DNA of 34,127 bases, taken from contig NW_025215258.1 of the NCBI RefSeq assembly GCF_004010195.1, forward strand, positions 23,059 to 57,185, written 5' to 3'. The translations under genes and the position numbers were made by a program. Under the pieces are notes generated by a model. That model saw only the letters and a list, made by a program, of their open reading frames with translations, was not told the DNA's origin and did no database searches. This document shows positions 22,340 through 32,500 of the stretch, one piece after another; positions within the stretch are counted from its first letter, which is position 1; every line of letters starts with the position of its first letter. Source of the stretch: Chiloscyllium plagiosum. Lineage: Eukaryota.

Positions 22340-22700
22340 CCTGGGCTTAAATTCTGAAATGCAATACTGACACCTCTTCCTTCTCCATCAAGCCACAATT
22401 CTAAATCGGTTTTAATTAGTTTGTTCAGGCGTGTTATGAAACACTTCTGTGGGATTTGCACCCAGACCTTTGTGCCCAGAGGTAGGGACACGAGCATCAC
22501 TGGGCAATAACCATAAAGCTGTAACATTATTCTCCCGTGTGTTTGTTCATCAGCCTGTTCTGATATGCTGGGACATACCTCTGCAACAGGTCGGACTTGA
22601 ATCCAGAACTTCTAGTCCAGAGCTTGGAACACCACCACGCATGTTCAGGAATCAAATCCATACCTCTGGCTCAGAGGCAGGGACATTACCCACGACACTA
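22340..22700 (-). mobile_element. Tandem tRNA-like SINE heads (three related units)
   Basis: Three reverse-strand copies of gtccct[ag]cctctg..c.aga.g.tctgg.ttcaa.tcc at ~22650-22700, ~22593-22640 and ~22449-22500. Confidence 0.55.
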
Positions 22701-22855
22701 CTATGTCCAGATTTTCGGTCATATTTAAAGTGTCAGCTTTCAGCTCGGTGTGGATTTATTATAATCAGGTTACCTTTACTGAATTAGACAAAAAAACTTT
22801 CTATTGTTAAACAAAGGCAAAGTATTTGTCTCAACTGTAGGAAGTTGAGTATACG

Positions 22856-23065
22856 GGATGAGTGGTGCTGGAAGAGCACAGCAGATCAGGCAGCATCCGA
22901 GGAGCAGTAAAATCGACGTTTCAGGCAAAAGCCCTTCCTAATGAAGGGCTTTTGCCCGAAACGTCGATTTTACTGCTTCTTGGATGCTGCCTGAACTGCT
23001 GTGCTCTTCCAGTACCATGAATCCAGAATCTGGTTTCCAGCATCTACAGTCATTGTTTTTACTTT
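22856..23065. mobile_element. Palindromic Penelope-derived mini-element with 12-bp TSD
   Basis: 75-bp arms 22863-22937 and 22943-23017 (5 mismatches, 5-nt loop). Flanked by gttgagtatacg (22844-22855) and gttgagtgtacg (23066-23077). Confidence 0.9.
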
Positions 23066-23504
23066 GTTGAGTGTACGTGCTGTGCCGGCGAAGTTAACTA
23101 TGAACAGCTTTAATCGCTATTATCTGTAGTCTGCAATATTAGGGAAAGAAGTCCTGCAGACACACTCTGCACAATGAAGGGTCTCGAATAGATTTTCATT
23201 ACTGAACACCAGAGACGGAAAAAGACCATAAGCACCGATCAGTATTACCCAACTCTCACGTGTGACTGCCTTCTTCTTAAAACCATGAAATGATACCAGG
23301 CCGCTGATTACTGTCCAGCCTCGCCTCCCCACTGACTGTGTCAGCAATCTGTCCAACCTCCCCCTAACCACAGAAGGCAAACCAAGCTCAGGGTCTTTGT
23401 GAAAATCAAGGCCGGAGCGTGCAGGCCTCCTGGAGAGGGGGAGGGAATTTTAAAATAAAACAGGGAAGGTGAGGTGGCAGTAATATCACTTACTGGGCTG
23501 AGGG

Positions 23505-23622
23505 GTGGCAGATGGAGTTTAGTTTGGATTAATGCGAGGTACTGGATTTGGTAAATCAAACAAGAGCAGGACCTGTACAATTAAAAGCAGGGCCTTTGTC
23601 AGTGTTGTAGAACAGAGACCTC
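23505..23622 (+). mobile_element. CR1 RT fragment
   Basis: tggcagatggagtttagtttggattaatgcgaggta gives WQMEF...CEV, then FGKSN. Confidence 0.7.
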
Positions 23623-23624
23623 GG

Positions 23625-24315
23625 CCGTCAGCGTCCCCATTCGGTCCGGGGGTGGGTGGGGGGGAGGCAAGGGTGCGTAAAAACCCTATCAAGTGTCATT
23701 GGCACTTTGAATTTTGTTTCGTTCTCTTTTATGTTTTTAGCTTTGGAAAGTTTTGAGAGCTTGTTAGTTGCAGTAGCTTTAATTTGAGTCTTTTGTCATT
23801 AATGCTCAGCGATGTGTAATTCGATATGAAATTCTCTAGAGTTCAAATGTTGCTGCAGTGTGTTATGGATAATGATGTGCTAAAATGGTGTACCTGGAAC
23901 ATTAAGGGGAGCCAGTCAAGAGGAAAAATATACTTTCTCGTCTCAAAAAAGAGAGAGTTGTCCTATTGCAGGAGATGCACCTTGATGACAAGGAACATTT
24001 GACGTTACAGCAGGGCGGGTTTGATCGGGTTTATTTCTCGGCTTTTAATACTAAGAGTCGGGGGAAAGTCATAATGGATAGGAATAATCTTCCATTTAAA
24101 TTACTAGATTGCATTAACACCCATGGAAGGATCATAACCGCAAAGTCTTGAACTACGAGAATTAATACAGTATTTTAAATGTTTATTGCCAAGCGGTGCA
24201 CCCTCTTAAAACCCTGGAAGATGCATTTTCCAAATTCAGTTATCTTGCATCATGGCACATGATTGTAGAAAGAGATTTCGACTGTCTTATGGCCCCACGA
24301 TGGACAGAATGTCCA
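23625..24315 (+). mobile_element. L1-clade LINE: probable inter-ORF spacer and ORF2 endonuclease N-terminus (frameshifted, runs into gap)
   Basis: ATG at 23865: MDNDVLKWCTWNIKG..VKRK.IL..LKKE...LLQEMHL...EH..L..GGFDRVYFSAFNTKSRG. Also LNVY and IVERDFDCLM (GGDFNC equivalent). Confidence 0.85.
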
Positions 24316-25031
24316 NNNNNNNNNNNNNNNNNNNNNNNNNNNNNNNNNNNNNNNNNNNNNNNNNNNNNNNNNNNNNNNNNNNNNNNNNNNNNNNNNNNNN
24401 NNNNNNNNNNNNNNNNNNNNNNNNNNNNNNNNNNNNNNNNNNNNNNNNNNNNNNNNNNNNNNNNNNNNNNNNNNNNNNNNNNNNNNNNNNNNNNNNNNNN
24501 NNNNNNNNNNNNNNNNNNNNNNNNNNNNNNNNNNNNNNNNNNNNNNNNNNNNNNNNNNNNNNNNNNNNNNNNNNNNNNNNNNNNNNNNNNNNNNNNNNNN
24601 NNNNNNNNNNNNNNNNNNNNNNNNNNNNNNNNNNNNNNNNNNNNNNNNNNNNNNNNNNNNNNNNNNNNNNNNNNNNNNNNNNNNNNNNNNNNNNNNNNNN
24701 NNNNNNNNNNNNNNNNNNNNNNNNNNNNNNNNNNNNNNNNNNNNNNNNNNNNNNNNNNNNNNNNNNNNNNNNNNNNNNNNNNNNNNNNNNNNNNNNNNNN
24801 NNNNNNNNNNNNNNNNNNNNNNNNNNNNNNNNNNNNNNNNNNNNNNNNNNNNNNNNNNNNNNNNNNNNNNNNNNNNNNNNNNNNNNNNNNNNNNNNNNNN
24901 NNNNNNNNNNNNNNNNNNNNNNNNNNNNNNNNNNNNNNNNNNNNNNNNNNNNNNNNNNNNNNNNNNNNNNNNNNNNNNNNNNNNNNNNNNNNNNNNNNNN
25001 NNNNNNNNNNNNNNNNNNNNNNNNNNNNNNN

Positions 25032-25825
25032 TATCCCCTGTATACCTCCAGGGATTCCCTTGATACGAGCTGCCTGAACATGAGCCACACCTCCTTTTTT
25101 CTGGTCAGAGCCTCAATATCTCTTGACATCCAGGGTTCTCTCTTCCAGTCTCACATCACCTTCACCCTCACAGGAAAATGGAAACCTTGAACTCGAGCTA
25201 TCTCACTTTTAAATCCCTCCCACTTGCCCGAGATCCTTTTACCTGGAAGCAAACAACTCCAATCATCCCCTGCAATCTCCTGTGTAACTCCAACAACATA
25301 CGCCTTGCCCCAATTTAGAACTTGTATCTGTCGACCAATTTTGTCCCTACCATAACTATTTTAAAATTAATACAACTCTGATCACTTTTACCAAAATTCT
25401 CCCCCACTTTATCTCCTTCACCTATCCTGCCCTATTTCCCAACAGTAGGTCGAGTTTGTCCCTTCCCGAGTACGATACTCTATATATTGATTGTGGAAAC
25501 TTTGCTGAACACACTTAACAAATTACGTTCCATCTAATTTCTTAACCATCTGGAAGCCCCAGTCTATGTTAGGAAAATTTAAATCAACTATCATAAAAAC
25601 CCTATTGTTCCTGCAAGTCTCCCCAGTCCCCCAGCATATTTGCTCCTCTAATTCACATTGTTGATTTTAGTGCAACCACTATAACATTACCATCCCCTTC
25701 CAACTGCTTTGTACCATTCACGAAACCTCACTGGATATTATCTCAGGTATTTCAACTTTAAATACTGGTGTGATACTCGCCTTAATCTGAACTATTGTTA
25801 CTTAAACTGTTTGCATTTACATCTC
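25032..25825 (-). mobile_element. CR1 LINE endonuclease/linker fragment
   Basis: Reverse-strand MSRDIEALTRKKEVWLMFRQLVSRESLEVYRG, plus degenerate ..VDLNFPNIDW and NANSL motifs. Confidence 0.75.
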
Positions 25826-26571
25826 TACGTCGCAGTGATTTTCACATCCACGGAACCCCTTGTCAAGGCACAGTGGAGATATGGAGCTGTAAATAGATGG
25901 GAGCTGCACATCCTGTCACTTTCAACATTGGCTGCAAGTTTTCCCACACTGGGCAGTGATCTAACACAGTGTTACCGAACAATGCAACAGCCTGGGTTTA
26001 TATATGAATGAACCAGTGCAGTCTGCAGAGCTCCCCAAGCTGGATAATTAGCCCATGATTAAATATTAAGCATTGGCGTGGGCTGCACAGATTTCCATTC
26101 TGGATATTGCTGGGATGCATTCAGTAGTACGCTAGCCATATCTTCACAGTGCTCCATCCTGAAAGTATAATGGTTGGGCTGGTTATGTGAGTTGGATTGT
26201 GAATGTGAGAGAACTAAACATCTGGCAATACCTTTATTTTATGTTTTCATTCCTGTTATTGGACCGTTCAAATGCAGACTCATCCGGTTAGACCCGACCC
26301 TCTGGATGAGTCATGGTTACTGTTGTTGAAGCATTGGGTCTGCAAGATGACCAACAAATGGAGCAGAGGCTGCAGAGAGGACAGTCTCCGTAAAATGGAA
26401 TGAGGAAATCACAATTAGATCAGCCGTGGACTTAGTGAATGTTGGGGCAGGATTGTGTGGACCACGAATGCAACTTATTCATATATTTCTGTTTGTTCCA
26501 AGCAAACTCCCCTTCTCTCGAGGTGTTCCTGCGTAACAGGATCCTCGGGACTCACTTGCCTCGAGAGTTCC

Positions 26572-29500
26572 CTATGTCGCAGTTTCGAGCAGTTGAGTGA
26601 CTCCCTCCTGTTCCTGTGTCCCAGACTTGAGCAGTTGAGTGATTCCCTCCTGTTTCTGTGTCGCAGTCTCAAGCAGTTGAGTGACTGCCTCCTGTTCCTG
26701 TGTCCCAGTCTCGAGCAGTTGAATGACTCCCTCCTGTTCCTGTCTCCCAGTCTCGAACATTCGAATGACTGCCTCCTGTTCCTGTGCCCCAGACTCGAGC
26801 AGTTGAGTGATTCTCACCTGTTCCTGTGTCCCAGTCTCGAACAGTTGAACGACTCCCTCCTGTTCCTGTGTCCCAGTCTCGCGCAGTTGAGATATTCCCT
26901 CCTGTTCCTGTGTCCCAGTCTCGAGCAGTTGAATGACTCCCTCTTGTTCCTGTGTCCCAGTTTCCTGCAGTTGAGTGACTGCTTCCTGTCCGTGAGTCCC
27001 AGTCTCGAGCAGTTGAGTGACTCCCTCCTGTTCCTGTGTCCCAGTCTCGAGCAGTTGAATGACTCCCCCCTGTTCCTGTCTCCCAGTCTCGAACATTTGA
27101 ATGAATCCCTCCTGTTACTGTCTCCCAGTCTCGAACATTCGAATGACTCCCTCCTGTTCCTGTGCCCCAGACTCGAGCAGTTGACTGACTGCTTCCTGTC
27201 CCTGTGTCACAGTCTCGAGCAGTTGAGTGACTCCCTCCTGTTCCTGTGTCCCAGTCTCGAACAGTTGAACGACTCCCTCCTGTTCCTGTGTCCCAGTCTT
27301 GAGCAGTTGAATAATTCCCTGCTCTTCTGGTGTCCCAGTCTCGAGCAGTTGAATTACTCCCTCCTGTTCCTGTGTCCCAGTCTCCTGCAGTTGAGTGACA
27401 GCTTTCTGTCCCTGTGTCCCAGTCTTGAGCATGTTGTGTGACTCCCTCCTGTTCCTGACTCCCAGTCTCGAACATTCGAATGACTCCCTCCTGTTCCTGT
27501 GCCCCAGTCTCGAGCAGTTGAGTAACTGCTTCCTGTCCCTGTGTCCCAGTCTCGAGCAGTTGAGTGATTCCCTCCTGTTCCTGTGTCCCAGTCCCGAACA
27601 GTTGAACGACTCCCTCCTTTTCCTGTGTCCCAGTCTTGAGTAGTTGAATGACTCCCTCCTCTTCCTGTGTCCCAGTCTCGAGCAGTTCAATTACTCCCTC
27701 CTGTTCCTGTGTCCCAGTCTCCTGCAGTTGACTGACTGCCTCCTTTTCCTGTGTCCCAGATTCGAGTAGTTGAATGACTCCCTCCTGTTCCTGTGTCCCA
27801 GTCTCGAGCAGTTGAGAGACTCCCTCCTGTACCTGAGTCCCAGTCTCGAGCAGTTGAATGACTCTCTCCTGTTGTTGTGTCCCAGTCTCGAGCATTTGAG
27901 CGTCTCCCTTCTGTTCCTGCGTCCCACTCTCGAGCAGTTCACTGACTCCTTCCTGTTCCTGTGTCCCAGTCTCGAGCATTTGAGTGACTCCCTCCTGTTC
28001 CTTTGTCCCAGTCTAGAGCATTTGAGTGACTCCCTCCTGTTCCTGTGTCGCAGTCTCGAACAGTTGAGTGACTCCCTCCTGTTCCTGTGTCGCAGTCTCG
28101 AGCAGTGGAATGACACCCTCCTGTTCCTGTGCCCCAGTCTCGAGCAGTTGAGTAACTGCTTCCTGTCCCTGTGTCCCAGTCTCGAGCTCTCCAGTGTCCC
28201 AGTCTCGAGCAGTTTACTGACTCCTTCCTGTTCCTGTGTCCCAGTGTCGAGCATTCGAGTGACTCCCTCCTGTTCCTGTGTCCCAGTCTAGAGCATTTAA
28301 GTGACTCCCTCCTGTTCCTGTGTCGCAGTCTCGAGCAGTGGAATGACACCCTCCTGTTCCTGTGCCCCAGTCTCGAGCAGTTGAGTGACTCCCTCCTGTT
28401 CCTGTGTCCCAGTCTCGAGCGGTTGAGTGACTGCCTCCTGTTCCTGTGTCCCAGTCTCGAGCAGTTGTGTGACTGTTCCTGTTCCTGTGTCCCAGGCTCG
28501 AGCAGTTGAGTGACTGCCTCCTGTTCCTGTGCCCCAGTCTCGAGCAGTTTAATGACTCCCCCCTGTTCCTGTGTCCCAGTCTCCGACAGTTGCGTGACTG
28601 CTTCCTGTCACTGTGTCCCAGTCTCGAGCAGGTGAGTGACTCCCTCCTGTTCCTGGGTCCCAGTCTCGAGCAGTTGAATGACTCCTTCCGGCCCTTATGT
28701 CCCAGTCTCGAACATGTTGAGTGACTCCCTCCTGTTCCTGTCTCCCAGTCTCGAACCTTCGAATGACTCCCACCTGTTCCTGTGCACCAGTCTCGAGCAG
28801 TTGAGTGACTGCTTCCTGTCCTGTGCCCCAGTACCGAGCAATTGAATGACTCCCTCCTGTTCCTGTGCCCCAGTCTCGAACAGTTGAACGACTCCCTCCT
28901 GGTCCTGTGTCCCAGTCTTGAGCAGTTGAATTACTCCCTCCTGGTTTTGTGTCCCAGTCTCCTGCAGTTGAGTGACTGCTTTCTGTCCCTGTGTCCCAGT
29001 CTCGAGCATGCTGAGTGACTGCCTCCTGTTCCTGTCTCCTAGTCTCGAACATTCGAATGACTCCCTCCTGTTCCTGTGTCCCAGTCTCGAACAGTTGAAC
29101 GACTCCCTCCTCTTCCTGTGTCCCAGTCTCGCGCATTTGAGTGACTTCCTCCTGTTCCTGCGTCGCAGTCTCGATGAGTTGAATGACTCCCTCCTGTTTT
29201 TGTGTCCCAATCTCGAGCAGTTGAATGACAGCCTTCTGTTCCTGTGTCCCAAACGGGAACAGTTGAATGACTCCCTTCTGTTCCTGTGTCCCAGATTCGA
29301 GGAGTTGAATGATTCCCTCCTGTTCCTGTCTCCCAGTCTCGAGCAGTTGAGTGACTGCCTCCTGTTCCTGAGTCCCAGTCTCGAGCAGTTGAGTGACTCC
29401 CTCCTGTTCCTGTGTCCCAGTTTCCAGCATTTGAATGACTCCCTCCTGTACATGTGTCCCAGACTCGAGCAGATGAGTGACTCCCATCTGTTCCTGTGTC

Positions 29501-32500
29501 CCAGACTCGAGCAGTTGTGTGACACCCTCCTGCACCTGTGTCCTAGTCTCGCGCAGTTGAGTGACTGTCTTCTGTCACAGTGTCTCAGTCTCGAGCAGTT
29601 GAATGACTCCCTCCTGTTCCTGTGTCCCAGTCTCGAGCAGTTGAGTGACTTCCACCTGTTCCTGTGTCCCAGTCTCGAACAGTTGAACGACTCCCTCCTG
29701 TTCATGTGTCCCAGTCTCGTGCAGTTGAGTGACTGTCTTTTGTCCCTGTGTCCCACTCTCGAGCAGTTGGACGACTCCCTCCTGTTCCTGTGTCCCAGTC
29801 TCGAGCAGTTGAATGACTCCCACCTGTTCCTGTGTCCCAGTCTCGAGCAGTTGAGTGACTCCCCCCTGTTCTGTGTCCCAGTTTCCTTCAGTTGAGTGAT
29901 TGCTTCCTGTCCGTGTGTCCCAGTACCGAGCAGTTGAGTGACTCCCTCCTGTTCCTGTGTCCCAGTCTCGAGTATTTGAATGACTCCCTCCTGTTCCTGT
30001 CTCCCAGTCTCGAACATTCGAATGACTCCCTCCTGTTCCTGTCTCCCAGTCTCGAACATTCGAATAATTCCCTCCTGTTCCTGTGCCCCAGACTCGAGCA
30101 GTTGACTGACTGCTTCCTGTCCCTGTGTCACAGATGATTCCCTCCTGTTCCTGTGCCCCAGACTCGAGCAGTTGACTGACTGCTTCCTGTCCATGTGTCA
30201 CAGTCTCGAGCAGTTGAGTGACTCGCTCCTGTTCCAGTGTCCCAGTCTCGAACAGTTGAACGACTCCCTCCTGTTCCTGTGTCCCAGTCTTGAGCAGTTG
30301 AATAATTCCCTCCTCTTCCGGTGTCGCAGTCTCAAGCAGTTGAATTACTCCCTCCTGTTCCTGTGTGCCAGTCTCCTGCAGTTGAGTGACTGCTTCCTTG
30401 CCCTGTGTCCCAGTCTTGAGAATGTTGAGTGACTCCCTCCTGTTCCTGTCTCCCAGTCTCGAACAGTTGAACGACTCCCTCCTTTTCCTGTGTCCAAGTC
30501 TTGAGCAGTTGAATGACTCCCTCCTCTTCCTGTGTCCCAGTCTCGAGCAGTTGAATTCCTCCCTCCTGTTCCTGTGTGCCAGTCTCCGGCAGTTGACTGA
30601 CTCTATCCTGTTCCTGTGTCCCAGTCTCGAGCAGTTGAGTGACTGCCTCCTTTTCCTGTGTCCCAGTCTCGAGTAGTTGAATGACTCCCTCCTGCTCCTG
30701 TGTCCCCGTCTCGAGCAGGTGAGTGACTCCCTCCTGTACCTGAGTCCCAGTCTCGAGCAGTTGAATGACTCTCTCCTGTTGCTGTGTCCCAGTCTCGAGC
30801 ATTTGAACGTCTCCTTCCTGTTCCTGTGTCCCAGTCTCGAGCAGTTGAGTGACTCCCTCCTTTTCCTGTGTCCCAGTCTCGACCATTTGAGTGACTCCCT
30901 CCTGTTCCTGTCTCCCAGTCTCGAGCATTTGAGCGACTCCCTCCTGTTCCTGTGCCCAAGTCTCGAGCAGTTGAGCGACTCCCTCCTGTTCCTGTGTCCC
31001 AGTCTCGAGCAGTTGAGTGATTGCCTCCTGTTCCTGTGTCCCAGTCTCGAGCAGTTAAGTGACTGTTCCTGTTCCTGTGTCCCAGGCTCGAGCATTTTAG
31101 CGACTGCATCCTGTTCCTGTGCCCCAGTCTCGAGCAGTTGAATGACTCCTTCCGGCCCATATGTCCCAGTCTTGAGCATGTTGAGTGACTCCCTCCTGTT
31201 CCTGTCTCCCAGTCTCGAACATTCAATGACTCCCTCCTGTTGCTGTGCACCAGTCTCGAGCAGTTGAGTAACTGCTTCCTGTTCCTGTGTCCTAGTCCGG
31301 AGCAATTGAGTGACTCCCTCCTGTTCCTGTGTCCCAGTCTCGAACAGTTGAACGATTCCCTCCTGTTCCTGTGTCCTAGACTTGAGCAGTTGTATTACTT
31401 TCTCCTGTTTTTGTTTCCCAGTCTCCTGCAGTTGAGTGACTGCTTTCTGTCCCTGTGTCCCAGTCTCGAGCATGTTGAGTGATTGCCTCCTGTTCCTGTC
31501 TCCCAGTCTCGAACATTCGAATGACTCCCTCCTGTTCCTGTGCCCCAGTCTTGAGCAGTTGAGAGACTCCCACCAGTTCCTGGTCCCAATCTCGAACAGT
31601 TGAACGACTCCCTCCTGTTCCTGTGTCTGAGTCTTGAGCAGTTGAATGACTCCCTCCTGTTCCTGTGTCCCAGTCTCGAGCATTTGAGCGTCTCCCTCCT
31701 GTTCCTGTGCACCAGTCTCGAGCAGTTGAGTGACTCCCTCCTGTTCCTGAGTCCCAGTCTCGAGCAGTTGAGTGACTCCCTCCTATACCTGTGTCCCAGA
31801 CTCGAGCAGTTGAATGACAGCCTTCTGTTCCTGTGTCCCAAAGTCGAACAGTTGAATGACTCCCTCCTGTTCCTGTGTCCCAGATTCGAGCAGTTGAATG
31901 ATTCCCTCCTGTTCCTGTGTCCCAGTCTCGAGCAGTTGAGTGACTGCCTCCTGTTCCTGAGTCCCAGTCTCGAGCAGTTGAGTGACTCTCTCCTGTTCCT
32001 GTGTCCCAGTTTCGAGCATTTGAATGACTCCCTCCTGTACCTGTGTCCCAGACTCGAGCAGATGAGTGATTCCCATCTGTTCCTGTGTCCCAGACTCGAG
32101 CAGTTGTGTGACACCTTCCTGCACCTGTGTTCTAGTCTCGCGCAGATGAGTGACTGTCTTCTGTCACAGTGTCTCAGTCTCGAGCAGTTGAACGACTCCC
32201 TCCTGTTCCTGTGTCCCAGTCTCGTGCAGTTGAGTGACTGTCTTTTGTCACAGTGTCCCAGTCTCGAGCAGTTGGACGACTCCCTCCTGTTCCTGTGTCC
32301 CAGTCTCGATCAGTTGAATGACTCCCTCCTGTTCCTGTGTCCCAGTCTCGAGCATGTTGCGTGACTCCCCCCTGTTCTGTGTCCCAGTTTCCTTCAGTTG
32401 AGTGACTGCTTCCTGTCCGTGTGTCCCAGTCTCGAGCAGTTGAATGACTCCCTCCTGTTCCTGTCTCCCAGTCTCGAACATTCGAATGACTCCCTCCTGT

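Larger units (their letters stand above)
3802..25031. other. Assembly gaps: 3802-4287, 14427-14637, 17362-17365, 18702-19184, 24316-25031
   Basis: N runs. Confidence 1.

Noticed and set aside
23100..23460. Possible exon (86-aa minus-strand ORF) in non-repeat-looking sequence
   Set aside because: No recognisable protein similarity or convincing splice-site pair; cannot be supported without transcript data.
3732..25190. ORFs of 140-312 aa spanning X runs
   Set aside because: Artefacts of translating through N gaps.
25830..26330. Possible promoter (TATATAAA on the minus strand at ~25997-26004) or exon
   Set aside because: A lone TATA-like 8-mer in AT-rich DNA, with no supported downstream ORF.
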